NCBI GenBank assembly: GCA_043228905.1
Contig: JBHGNT010000010.1
Location: 12,896,001 to 12,960,000 of the forward strand
Direction of reading: 5' to 3'
DNA length: 64,000 nt
Source: Azolla caroliniana
Lineage: Eukaryota; Plantae; Polypodiophyta
Position 1 is the first letter of the stretch; the number at the start of each line of letters is the position of its first letter. Made by a program: the position numbers and the translations under genes. This document shows, piece after piece, positions 23,386-36,724 of this stretch. The notes under the pieces are model-generated. The model had not been told where the DNA came from and made no database searches. It saw only the letters and a list, made by a program, of their open reading frames with translations.

Positions 23386-26300
23386 TGTAAAAACAAATAG
23401 CGTGCGGAAGCAATAAAAACAGAAAAAAAAGAGAACAAGTTTAATGTAGAGCTTAACAGTACACGGGAGAGAGAGAGAGAGAGAGCAAGAACCTTTATTC
23501 AAAAATTATATCAACGCTCTATACATCGTAAGTGTTCAGCGAACACTTTTATACAAGTCCAGATGGACTGATAGAAGTTCGGTGTACTTCAATGCTCACT
23601 AGAGCGTCTGACACTAACTACGAGAGTATTAACTCCCTAGTAGTCTAACTGCTACGAGGCTTCCGGTTATAGATGGATTCGGCTAACCGGCTCCTGAACT
23701 CACCGACTCTTTTGCTCACCGGGTGCTCACTGGCTCACCGATCCGTCTCGCTCACCAGCTCAGGCTTATTCAGCCGATCCGGCTCCAATTGAGCTTGCCG
23801 CCTAAAACTCCCCCTGAAGTTCAACTTGAGGTCCGGTCGTAGTGTCAGCATCTGTGGCACTCGGTCCTTCTGCCCGGCTACCTCTGGCGTCACTCCGCCT
23901 TGCTCGCGCTCCTAGTCCAGTCTGGTTCTGTTTGCCGTGACCCCTCTCGTTCTGCGCACCTTGACCTCCTCGGTCGGCTTGTCTGCTCAACAGGCCCAAT
24001 TCAGCTCCCTCACTGCTGTGACTTCGGAGTGTGCCGGTTCGCCAATTCCTTCATGTTGGCGTCGACTTTCGATGCCTTCTCGTCATGTTGGCCTTGAATT
24101 GATCCGGTTCTTTCGAATCTGTCTGTTGAACCGAATCAATTGTCTCTGATTCGTTCCAGCTCTTGTCCGAATCGGTTGCTCCCGATTCGTCTTCTGGTTC
24201 CATGCCTTTCACCACATCGGACCATGTCCGGGTCTTGGCCTTCTTCTTCCGGTCGGCTCTGTCCTTCTTCACTCTGCAGCCGCTGCCACATGTTCCAACG
24301 TGTTCCGATGTGTCGCCTTCCTTTGTCGACTCGGCTCCTTTCTTCTTCTTGACTCTCTGTTCGTCGGTTCTTCCCTGACCGTCGCAAGCGATAGTCTCTT
24401 TGCCTTTGCCCATTCCGGTGTCTTTGCCCGTTCTCCCCCTCAAGTATGGCACGTCGAGATGGTGAGCACCAAGCATTTCGGTAAAGTGCTACAACTTGTC
24501 CGATCCGAGTGGTTTGGTGAAGATGTCGGCAACTTGCCGATCCATGTGAACATACCGAAGTTCGACCTCGCCGCTCAGGACACGCTCACGCACGAAGTGA
24601 TAGTGCACTTCTATGTGCTTTGTGCAAGCATGGAATACGGGGTTCTTGGCAAGCTGCATGTTGCTTATGTTGTTGTAGTAGATCAGAATCGGGGTCGGTA
24701 CCTCGATTCATAGGTCTTGCAGTAGTGGCCGAAGCCAAATGGCTTCACAGGTGGCAATGGTAGCGCCCTGATACTCAGCCTCCATGCTCGATAGAGCAAC
24801 TGGTGGCTGCTTTTTCCTACTCCACGCAACAACCGTGCTACATAGGGAAAACATGTAACCGGAGGTTGATCGGCGATCTGATGCATCGCCGGCCCAGTCA
24901 ACATCTATGTAGCTGACAAGCTCTTCGGTTATACCGCGCCGGTATAACAGTCCCCGGTCCTTCGTGCCGCTCACATACTGCAGTATTCTGTGCGCGCACT
25001 GAAGATTCTCTATGGTCGGCTTCTGCATGAATTGGCTAATCACACCGACCGAATAGCTGTTGTCGGGTCGGCTGATGGTCAAATATATAAGGCTTCCGAC
25101 AATTTGTCGGAACCGTTTCTCATCGCAGGCCGGTCCGAAGTTGGGACGAAGCTTCTGGTTCTGGTCCAGGGGAGTAGAGATAGGTCGGCATTCCGTCATG
25201 CCGAACTTGTACATCATATTCAACACATAGTGCCTTTGTGAGAGCAATATGCCGTCGGGGGTTCGGATCACCTCGATCCCAAGAAAATAATGAAGGTCTC
25301 CCAAGTCCTTCATCTCAAACGCATCCGACAACTAGGACTTGACTCGGCTGATTTCATCGAGTCTGGGTTCGGTGTTGACCAGATCATCAACGTACAACAA
25401 TATGCAAACCGGACCGTCCGAACCTTGCCAGATGATCAATAAAGAGGCGGACTTGGAGGCCGCAAACACCATCTTACGCAACCGGTGCGTGATCTTCGCA
25501 TTCCAAGCTTGGGGAGCTAGCGTCAGGCCATAAAGTGACTTCTTCAGCCGACATACCGCCGACTTGTTCATCTCCGTGTGGAAACCGGGGGGTTGTATCA
25601 TAAAGACCTCTTCTTCAAGATCTCCTTGAAGAAATGCATTCTTCACATCCATCTGGTGAAGATGCCACCCCCTTGCTGCTGCAACCGCCAGCACCACACG
25701 TTCCGTCGTCATCTTCGCTACTAGAGCGAAGGTCTCGTCATAGTCGATTCCGTGGGTCTGTGTGTATCCCTTCGCCACTAACCAGGCCTTGTACCGGTTA
25801 ACTGAACCGTCGGCGTTCTACTTTACCTTGTACACCCACTTGCATCCGATTGGTTTACTGTGACGGGGAGGGTCAACCAGGTCCCATGTATCATAGGCAT
25901 CAAGTGCCCGCATCTCTTCTTCCATAATGGCACACCAATGAGCGTCCTTTGCCGCTTCAGTGTAGCTCTCCGGCTCACGCACTTCCGCCACCTTGGTCAT
26001 GTACGCATAGTGATGTGTCATGTACTCATTGTACTCGTACCGCTTAACAGATTCCTTCTAGCGGGTTGACCGACGTAAGCCACCGTTACCCGGTCTGAGG
26101 GCCTTCTTGGCCGGTTCGGTCTTCGGTGTCGAGGAACCGTCATTTTCCTTTCCAAAGTCAGATCTGCTCCGATCCGACTCATCAATACCGGTTCCATAAT
26201 CCGGCATCTTCTTCTTCCCCTTCTCTTTGCGCGTGAACTGTCTCCTCGGTTCCTTGTGCGGGGAGAGCACGACAGAGTCTTCACTACTCGTCGGTTCTTT

Positions 26301-28526
26301 TTCTGACTAGTCAGATTGGCCCAGTCTTCTTGAGTCCTAGATTCATCATCTTCTAACTGGACCGGTTCAGGCTCACTAGCCTCATCGTCCGATATCGGGT
26401 CGGGGTCAGAAGTCGGAGTTGGTAAGGCATACCATGATGCCGTCTCATCAAACTCAACATCGTAGCTAACTCGGATCTTCTTCGTCCGGGGGTTATAACA
26501 CTTATACCCCTTTTGCTCATGTGAGTAACCGACGAGGATGCACTTCTCCGATTTTGCGTCCAGCTTCCTCCGCTTCTCATCCGGCACCGGCACGTATGCT
26601 ATGCTGTCGAAAATCCGAAGGTGTCTCAAATTCAGCTTGCGCCCGAAATACAGCTCATGCGCGGACACCTTGTCACCGATCCGGTTTTGGATGTAGACGG
26701 TTGTCCAGACCACCTCCGCCCAGTAGAAATGGGGCATGCTCTTCGCTTCCAGCATTTCCCTTGCTATGTCGACAAGCGACCGATTCTTCCTTTCGGCCAC
26801 ACCGTTTTGCTCCGGTGTGTATCTGCAGTTGAACTCTCTCCGAATTCCTATTTGCTGCAAGTAACTGTTGAATTGGCTGGAAAAATATTCTTTTCCGCCA
26901 TTTGACCGCAGACACTTGATCTTCCTCTCTGATTCCCGTTCCACCATGCTTTGGAGGTTCCGGAAACAGTCGAAGACTTCGCTCTTCCGCTCAATGAGGT
27001 AGACCCATGTGTGTCGGCTATAGTCATCGATGAAGGAGACGAAGTATTGACTCCCGCCAAGACTCACGTTCTGTGCCAGTCCCCATACATCCGAATGAAT
27101 AAGGTCGAGCTTGTTACGGCTACGGTTTTGTTCGGCCGGGAATGGAAGCAGGTGTTGCTTCCTGAGTTGGCAGGCTTCACATACTTGGGCCTTCCGGCCA
27201 CTAAACTTCTGCAAACCGAAAACAACTTGTTTCATTTGCAAGTCTTGAAGCCGCCGGTAATTGACGTGGCCGATCCGCTTGTACCACAAGTCAATGTCTG
27301 ATTCGACCTTCTGTCCTTTGGCAAACAAGGCGGTACCGACGTCATTGGTGTCGAGGATGAACATCCTCCCATCTCTATACCCTTGCGCGGTAATCTAGCC
27401 CTCCTCCTCGATGAAGCACCCGAGGTGCGTTAACCGCACCTGCATTCCCTGGTCGACGATCTGTCCGACCAACACGAAGTTCTTCGTGATAGTCGGAACG
27501 TGTAATACGTTCATCAGGTTCCCCCTCTATCCGACGTGGCTCAAGGCAACTCCTCCGACATGCACAATTGGGTGAGGAGTGTCGTCTCCGGTTTTGACAA
27601 CTCCCGGTTGTTCCGGTTTCTCCAAGAAGGAGAACCACTCTTTGTGGCTCGTCGTGTGATTTGACGCACCGGAATCAACGTACCACACTTCCTCCAATTT
27701 GGAATTGGTCTTCTTCATTGAGTTTGCCTCGTACTTCATCATCAAGGCTGGCAACTTACTGGCTTTTCCGGTTTTGGATCGTCCTGATCCTTCTGTGTAG
27801 TGCGAGTATTGCCAGTTCCCCGGACCAGTTTTGCCGGATCCAGATCTGTTCACATCGCTTTTTCCAACACTCGCTTTCTTTGTGGCCCTTTTTACCACAA
27901 TACCAACATTCCGTGGCGGATTTTTCTTGCCCGCTTCCGGCGCCGCCTTCACTCCCCCTGCTTGTGGAAGTCCCGGAACTGCTATCGGCATGGTCTCTAT
28001 GCCATCGGTCTTGCCCTTGCCGACCACCTCCAATGCTTGCCTACCCACCTCGTCCACCACACCCATGGGGCCGATCCGCCTCTGTGTACAACATTCGGCT
28101 GTCGGTGGGTGCACTTGTTGACGCACCGGCGTGGTTCTCCTCTACAAGGAGCATCGACAGTAAGTCGAAAAATGACGGCGTATTCTCCCTTGTACATACT
28201 GTTGTCCGGAAAGCTCGGAACTTAGACGCCAGGCCCCCAAGACAAACCTGTACCATCTCGTCTTCCTCTACAGTGACGTTGATAGAGGCACGTGAGTTAC
28301 AGATCTCTTTGATTCGGGCCATGTAATCAACCGCCAACATGTCCTTTTGTCGGACATTGCTCAACTCCTGTTGGAGTTCCAGCTTCCGGCCTGTGGTTCT
28401 TGCGGCGAACACCTTCTTCAGGTTTCCCCAAGCCTCTTTCGGCGTCCCGGCATCTCGGACGTGGCTCAGCAGCTGGTCTCCGACACTGGGCACAAAGCAG
28501 TACATCACTCTCTTTGCTGCTCAACA
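23386..28526 (-). mobile_element. Ty1/copia element D; 5' LTR, PBS and gag start largely deleted
   Basis: TSD aatat on both sides. LTR ~23386-23807 with (AG)n, PPT ctccccct at ~23808. Only ~15 bp of the other LTR (ttgctgctcaaca) remains. Confidence 0.88.
24051..28508 (-). pseudogene. Copia gag-PR-IN-RT-RH, fragmented
   Basis: WYVDSGASNH, HSDVWG, QNGVAERKNR, QMDVKNAFLQG, LLYVDDL, IDVDWAGD, SSMEAEY. Confidence 0.93.
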
Positions 28527-29078
28527 AATATCATATATCAAATTTGCGACGCATGTCATGTGTTAACTGTTTGATCAGTCAAAAAATCAAGACCTGAAGT
28601 AGTTGTTACAATAGTGTACAATTAACTAAATAATCAATATTATGTTTGAAGGATTGATGACGATCTTTTTTCTTTTGTTTTTTGTCCTAACATCAATTTC
28701 TAAATTTAATCCCATTACTCGATTAATGGTAGAGGTTCCAAATGAAATTTGACAAAACATTATGTTGTTCGGGACAAGAAGAAGCAATATATTTAGTCGG
28801 GGTTATTCCTCCACATTGTTACGACAAATTAGTACACCAAAAATTATAGTTTGGATAACTTGATACAATTTCAAAAAATATGCATAGATTGCAGAGTAAT
28901 GGTGAACTGTTGATAAGCATTGCACCATGTTGACTAGAATATTACATTAACTAATTCATTTACTAAATGAATTCCATTGTAGTCTAGTTGCCTCAGATCG
29001 TTGATTTTTACCCGAGACGCCCGGGTACAAGTACAACTAGATACATAATAGATCATGAGTTAATGTGGCATCGATAAA

Positions 29079-29150
29079 AACCTCTCTGCTCTGATACCAT
29101 GATAGGAATATTGAGGATTGATTAGATAGGTATGTAGAGTTACAACTACA
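29079..29150 (-). mobile_element. Fragment of a family C PBS + LTR end
   Basis: gctctgataccatgataggaatattg...tacaactaca matches 42299-42360 and is joined to satellite on both sides. Confidence 0.8.
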
Positions 29151-29191
29151 TTGTTATGACAAATTAGTACACCAACAATTATAGTTTGGAT

Positions 29192-29743
29192 TGATAGAAA
29201 TAGTGAGAATCGATTCAATAGGTATATAGAGTTACAACTATAGAGATGGGATATATGAAAACAAAACTTCTATTACATATGAGAGTATCTCACAATGGTA
29301 GTTTTCCCATGCACTCACACCTTAGAGCTTAGATAGGATATGGACCAGCTCACTACAAAATTAGTTGGGCCTAATAATCAAGCCAACCACTATGAAAAGA
29401 AAGTGGATTGCTTTCTATGTTTGGTCTAAGTATAACATTACATGTGCAAGTCAGTTGATAGTAATGGAGAGTAAGTACATACTTCAAGAGTAAGTACATC
29501 GTAACTTGACCACAAAATATTCTAGTTGACTTGATTAACCAATCCTATTACCTATTTCTCTCTTTTCTAAATACATTGTGTCCTACGCATCTACGGATTC
29601 CTATATTAACACCTTATCGACTCATATGGTCGAGCTGCACACTAGCCGCTCCTCATTTGGGGCGCTATCACAAAATGTGCACTCTAAGAGCACATATGGG
29701 GATAGATTTACAACTTGGGGCTGATCATTGATTATATCTAACA
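29192..29743 (-). mobile_element. Solo LTR, copia family C
   Basis: tgatagaaa...tctaaca flanked by TSD tggat; carries an internal deletion. Confidence 0.93.
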
Positions 29744-30132
29744 TGGATAACTTGATACAATTTCAAACAATACGCATTGCAGAAAAATGGTCAACTGTCG
29801 ATAAGCATTGCACCATGTTTCTTTATTTGTAGCGAATGACTAGAATAGTACATTAATTAATTGATTTACTAAACGAATTCCATTGTAGTCTAGTTGGTTC
29901 AGATCCTTTTTTTTACACAAGACTCCCGGGTACAACTATAGGCATTGGAAAGACTAGATATATGATATATCATGAGTTCATGTGGCATCGATAAAAACGC
30001 TTGAAATTATTAAATCTTAAAAATGAGAGTGTGTTAGGATAATCCTGCATTTTTCGTTGATTCTTGCGCAATATATAAATATTATTTATTACTAATCAAT
30101 GATTGCAATATTAAAACGTACACAAGATGTGA

Positions 30133-30205
30133 TCCATTGTAGTGTAGTTGGTTAGTAAAGTCGTCTCTCACCCGAGAGATCCAGGTTCAACTCCCGGAAA
30201 TGGAA
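30133..30205 (+). pseudogene. tRNA-Glu(CTC) pseudogene
   Basis: Shares private variants (gtgtagttggttagtaaa) with the copy at 784. Confidence 0.8.
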
Positions 30206-30932
30206 AAGACAATAAATACCATATATCAAATATCCGACGCATTTCCTGTATTAATTGTTTGATAACTCAAAAACTCAAGATTTAAAATAGTTGTTACAAT
30301 AATGTACAATTAACTAAATAATCAATATTATGTTTGAAGCATTGATGACGAACTTTACTTTGATTTCTTTCTCCTAACATCAATTTCTAAACTTAACCGC
30401 ATTATTTGATTAATGGTACAGGTTTCAAATGAAATTTGACAAAACATTATGTTGTTCGGGAGAAGAAAAACCAATATATTTAGTCATGGTTATTCCTCAA
30501 CATTGTTACGACATATTAGTACACCAACAACTATAGTTTGGATAACTTGATATAATTTCAAAAAATATGCATAGATTGCAGAATAATGGTCAACTGTCCA
30601 TGAGCATTACACCATGTTTCGTTAATTGTAGTAAAGTAGTAGAATATTACATTAACTAATTGATTTACTAAATGAAATCCACTGTAGTCTAGTTGGTTCG
30701 GATCCTTGCTTTTTACCCGTGATGCCTGGGTACAACTACAAGCATTATAAACACTAGATACATCATAGATCATAAGTTCATGTGGCATCGATAAAAACGC
30801 TTGAAATTATTAAATCTTAAAAACGAGAGTGTGTTAGAATAATCCTGCATTTTTCGTTGATGCTTGCGCAATATATAAATATTATTTATTTCCAATCAAT
30901 GATTGCAATATTAAAAAGTGCAAAAAATGTGA

Positions 30933-31005
30933 TCCATTGTAGTCTAGTTGGTTAGGATACTCGGCTCTCACCCGAGAGACCCAGATTCAACTCCCAACAA
31001 TGGAA
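30933..31005 (+). pseudogene. tRNA-Glu(CTC) pseudogene
   Basis: 5' half matches consensus; T arm has G>A changes. Confidence 0.8.
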
Positions 31006-31728
31006 ATTACAATATCATATATCAAATTTACGACGCATGTCATGTGTTAACTGTTTGATAACTCAAAAACTCAAGACCTAAAGTAGATGTTGCAATAATG
31101 TACAATTAAATAAATAATCAATATTATGTTTGAAGGATTGATGATGAACTTTACTTTGATTTTTTTCTCGTAACATCAATTTCTAAAGTTAATCCCATTA
31201 TTCGATTAATGGTAGAGGTTTCAAATAAAATTTGACTAAACATTATGTTGTTCAGGACAAGAAGAAGCAGTATATTTAGTCGGGATTATTCCTCCACATT
31301 GGTACAACAAATTAGTACACCAAAAATTATAGTTTGGATAAGTTGATACAATTTCAAAAAATATGCATAGATTGCAAAATAATGGTCAACTGTCGATGAG
31401 CATTGCGCCATGTTTCTTTATTTGTAGTAAAGTACTAGAATATTACATTAACTAATTTATTTACTAAATGAATTCCAATGTAGTGTATTTGATTCTCATC
31501 CTTGCTTTTTACTCGAGATGCCCAGGTACAACTACAGGCATTGGAAACACTAGATACATCATAGATCATAAGTTCATGTGGCATCCATAAAAACCCTTGA
31601 AATTATTAAATCTTAAAAAGGAGAGTGTGTTAGAATAATCCTCAGTTTCTCGTTGATGTGTGTGCAATATATAAATATTATTTATTTTGAATCGATGATT
31701 GCAATATTAAAAAGTGCAAAAGATGTGA

Positions 31729-31801
31729 TCCATTGTAGTCTAGTTGGTTAGGATACTTGGCTCTCACCCGAGAGACCCGAGTTCAACTCCCAGCAATGAA
31801 A
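31729..31801 (+). pseudogene. tRNA-Glu(CTC) pseudogene
   Basis: A few transitions in the stems. Confidence 0.8.
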
Positions 31802-32740
31802 AAGACAATATCATATATCAAATTTTGCGATGCATGTCATGTGTTCGCTGTTTGATAACTCAAAAACTCAAGACCTAAAGTAGTTGTTACCGTAATGTAC
31901 AATTAACAAAATAATCAATATTATGTTTGAAGGATTGATGACGAACTTGACTTTGATTTTTTTCTCCTAACATCAATTTCCAAACTTAATCCCATTATTC
32001 GATTAATGGTAGAGGTTTCAAATGAAATTTGACAAAACATTATGTTGTTCGGTACAAGAAGAAGTAGTATATTTAGTCGTGGTTATTCCTCAACATTGTT
32101 ATGACAAATTAGTACACCAACAATTATAGTTTGGATTGATAGAAATAGTGAGAATCGATTCAATAGGTATATAGAGTTACAACTATAGAGATGGGATATC
32201 TGAAAACAAAACTTCTATTACATATGAGAGTATCTCACAATGGTAGTTTTCCCATGCACTCACACCTTAGAGCTTAGATAGGATATGGACCAGCTTACTA
32301 CAAAATTAGTGGGGACTAATAATCAAGCCAACCACTATGAAAAGAAAGTGGATTGCTTTCTATGTTTGGTCTAAGTATAACATTAAATGTGTAAGTTAGT
32401 TGAAAGTAGTGGAAATATTCCTTTTCTATCAACTAACTTGTCATTTTATATGACCAACTCCCTAGGTATAGGCTAGTGCTAGATAGTACTTATCTTGAAG
32501 TCAGTGACGCATACTTGAAGACTAGTTGACTTGATTAGCCAATCCTATTACCTATTTCTCTTTTTCCTAGTACATACATTGTGCCCTATGCATCTACGGT
32601 TTCCTAGATTAACACGTTATCGACCGATATGGTCGAGTTGCACACTAGCCGTTCCTCATTTGGGGCGCTATCACAAAATGTGCACTCTAAGAGCACATAT
32701 GGGGATAGATTTACAACTTGGGGCTGATCATTGATTATAT

Positions 32741-35700
32741 CTAACATGCCCCCTCAATGATCAACCCATTGAGTTCAGTTGGAATTGGGCCAACTCCTAG
32801 TCGTGGAAGGTGTTGTTGTAACTGTTCTGCTCCAAGCACCTTTGTGAAGATATCCGCAACATTTTCTGATGTGGGACAATACTCAAGCTCCGTAGTCTCA
32901 TCATTTATTAGCTCCCGAACATCGTGATGTTGAATCTCTATGTGTTTAGTACGTGCATGAAATATGGGGTTCTTGGCAATGGCCATGCAACTCTGATTGT
33001 CACACCTCAATACCGTTGTCGTGCTTATTGGAAATGCCACATCCGTAAGGATTCTTCTTAGCCAAACTACCTCGCATGCCGCTATGGATGTTGCTTTGTA
33101 TTCTCCCTCCGTTGAAGATAGTGTTACTATTGGTTGTTTTTTACTACTCCATGAAACAACTCCAGAACCTATTGAAAAACAATATCCAGAAACTGATTTT
33201 CTGGAATCACTGTCTCCAGCCCAGTCAGAGTGGCGATACCCACTAAGTTCGTCAATTGTTGGCTTGTAGAAGTTTCGGTAATTTAAAGTACCCACAATGT
33301 ACTTTAATACACGAAGAGCAGCTTTCCAATGAGTCTCCTTCGGCTTGTTGTTGAATTGACTCACCACACTGACTACAAAACAAATATCCGGCCTAGTGTT
33401 GAATAGGAAAATTAGACTTCCTACTAGTTGTCTATACTTCCTTATGTCAACCATTGGTCATGGGTCTTCTTGGGATATTTTGCAGTTTGACTCCATTGGA
33501 GTTGACTTCGACTTGTTGTCCATCATCCCAAAGGTCTTCAAGATCTCTGTTGCATACTTTCTTTGTGACATGACGATGCCAACTGAAGTTTGCCAAACCT
33601 CAATTCCAAGGAAGTAGTGTAGAATCCCCAAGTTTGTCATTTCAAACTCAGTTTTCAAACACTCTTGTGTTTGGCCAATGCAATCTTCATGGTCACCAGT
33701 AAGAACTAGCGCATCCACGTAAAGTGTTTCCCGTCCTTCATTTTGACATACATAGTTGCATCCGAAGCACATTGCTTAAAGTCGATTGATCGTAAGAAGC
33801 TGTCTATCCTCTTGTTCCAAGCTCTTGGTGCTTGCTTTAGATCATACAACGCCTTCTTTAGCTTGCATACTTTGTTTTTTGAATTTGGCATCTCAAACCC
33901 CGGTGGTTGCATCACGTATACCTCCTCCTTGAGATGCCCATTTAGAAATGTTGATTTGACATCCATTTGGTAAATCGGCCATCCTCTTGAAGCGGCCAAC
34001 ACTATGACCATTCGAATTGTTGTCATGCGAGCTGTCGGGCCAAATGTTTCTTGTACATCGAACCCTTCAATTTGGGAGTATCCTTGAGCTACTAGCCTAG
34101 CCTTGAATTTCTCCAAAGAGCCACAACTTTATACTTTACTTTCCACACCCACTTATTGCCTATCACCTTCTTCTTCATTGGCCTCTCTACTAACTCCCAT
34201 GTGTCATTTTTCATGATGCTATCATATTCTGATATCATCTCCTCTTTCCACTTCGGGTTGGCTATAGCTTCCTCCACCGAGGTCAGCTCACTCACTGAGC
34301 TGATGATGTCCACCATTAGAGCCATGTTGACAATGTGGTCAGAGGTTCTCCCTTGCTCCTATATTCTTCTTGATCTTCGTAATCCATAACTTGAAGTTTC
34401 AGGAAACTCAACTTTAGGAGTACGATCATTGAAGAGTTGTTAAGCCCACTTAGGTATTTTCTTTACATGTGGGACTGGCATAGGCTGAACTACTGAGCCA
34501 TTACCACCAGATGGTTCAGCTTCCTTTTCTGGACAATGGGTCGGGATTGGGTAAAATACCTCTTCAGTTGATGAGATAACTTGAGAATCGTTGTTCTCAG
34601 CTAGCTATGGTTGTTCATTATCTAACACCACATCGCGGCTTGTCAATATCTTTCTTGCCTCTGGATCGTAGAGTCAATAGGCCTTTGACTCTTCACTATA
34701 TCCGAGAAAGATACACTTCTTGCTTTTAGCATCCAACTTCTTTCTGCTCTCATCTGGAACATGTGCGTAGCACGTACACCCAAAGGTTCTAAAGTGCAGC
34801 ACTGAAGGTTTCTTGCCTGAATAAGCTTCGTGTAGCTCTAATTGAGGATGTAAACTACTATATTCACTGCTTCAGCACAGAATGGGTCAGACAACGCTTG
34901 TGCCTTCAACATACACCTAGCCATCTCGACAATTGTTCGGTTTCGATGTTCGACAACACCATTTTGTTGTGGGGTGTAGGTAGTTGTAAGTTGGTGCTTA
35001 ATTCCATGCTCTTTGCAATACTCACAGAATTCTATTGATAAGAATTCTCCACCTCGATCAGAGCATAACTCCTTCTGTAACTTTCTAGACTCTTGCTCAA
35101 CAAACTTATGCCATCTTTTGGAGATTTTAAAAGTTTCAGCCTTCTCCCGAAGGAAGTAAACCCACATCTTTCTACTGAAGTCGTCGACTAGCAGCAAATA
35201 GTAGAGAGATCCACCCATTGCAGGAGTCACGATTTTTCCAGAGAGGTCGATGTGTATTAGTTGTAGAGCAGTCTTTGTTCGATTTTGACTCTCTTTTGGA
35301 ATAGCTAATCTTTGATGCTTGCCCATCATACAAGCATCACAAACATGACTTAACAAATAGGGTTGGCAACCCAACTACCATATTTGACTTCTTCATCTCC
35401 TTCAACACAACAACATTGAGATGCCCAAATCTCTCATGCCATTGCTTTGTGTTAGTGCTTGTGTTGTGGTCTGTAGAAATGGTAAGTGCACTCAGCTCAT
35501 AGAGATTCTTGCACCTTACCCCTATTCGTACAACCTTGCCAGCAGAATTTGTTATCTCTGCACCCGACTTCTTGAATCGAACATCAAGACCCTTGTCGGT
35601 CAGTGCAGAAATGGACAATAGATTCTTCTTAAGATCTGGCATGTACAACACTTGAGAGAGATGCTTTGTCTCGCCGATCGTTGCTTTGAGGAAGATGGTT

Positions 35701-36592
35701 CCAGTTCCTTTGGCTGGACATCGAGCGTTGTTCCCAACCACAACATTGATGGGCTCTTGTAGAGGTATCCAGGAGCTATACCAGTCACGATTACTGGTCA
35801 TATGTCGGGACGCTCCACTATCGAGATTCAAAGAGTCGTCGACAACTTGGGTGTCAACTGAAGAACACACTTCTTCAGTTGCGACCCATAACTCAAGCTC
35901 ATCTACGACGTTGTTGGCAGACTCGAGCTCTCTCCAAAAGGTCTTACTAGAACCATTCTTCTCGTCTGTCCTCTTCTTCCGACAATCCTTGATTGTGTGA
36001 CCCTTCTTGTCACAATAGAAACACGATCCATTGAACTTCTTCTTTGGTATCCTATACACATTGTTTGAATTGGATGCCCCTTTACCCCTAGTCCTAGAGA
36101 CAAATGCCGAATCTTCCCTTCCTTCTCTTGTATTCAGCCCAAGCTCCTCTTCAGGCAGCATCGCACTTAGTTCATCAAATTTTAAAGGAGTGGGTCGAAC
36201 CTGAGTGTTCAATGATGTCACAATGCCATCATACTTGAAAGGAAGTACTCGAATGCACCGACGAGCCATATCCTCTTGAGAGACAACTACTCCAACAGCC
36301 GCTAGCTGATCTTGAAGATCCTTAATCCTTTTTACAAAGGATTCTACTTTCTCTCCATCGGCAAGCTTCTCTGCAGCAAGCTGATTTTCAAGGTTTTGTA
36401 TCCTTGTATAGTTTCTGGTCTCATACTGGCTGGCCAATATGCTCCAAGCTTCATGTGCCTTGGTTGTATGTTGCACTAATGTTAGTACAGAGTCACAGAC
36501 ACCAGTAACTATGGTACATAGCGCATCAACATTCCTTCTCTTCCAGGCTCAAAGTAGATCAACATATGGAGGGATTGATGTGGTAGGGTGTG
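32741..36592 (-). pseudogene. Copia C gag-PR-IN-RT-RH fragments (gag N-terminus at 42009-42203)
   Basis: [62 protein letters not shown]. Confidence 0.92.
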
Positions 36593-36679
36593 TGTTGGGG
36601 ACAAGGCCGTCAATGTGGAAGTGCAAGCAATATTCGTGATGAAGAAGAACCTGTGTATGCATGAGCAAGATAGACACAT

Positions 36680-36724
<45 letters not shown>

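Noticed and set aside
29531-29731. Recurrent small ORF (also at 32531 and 42650)
   Set aside because: It recurs only because it lies in the family C LTR; there is no coding evidence.
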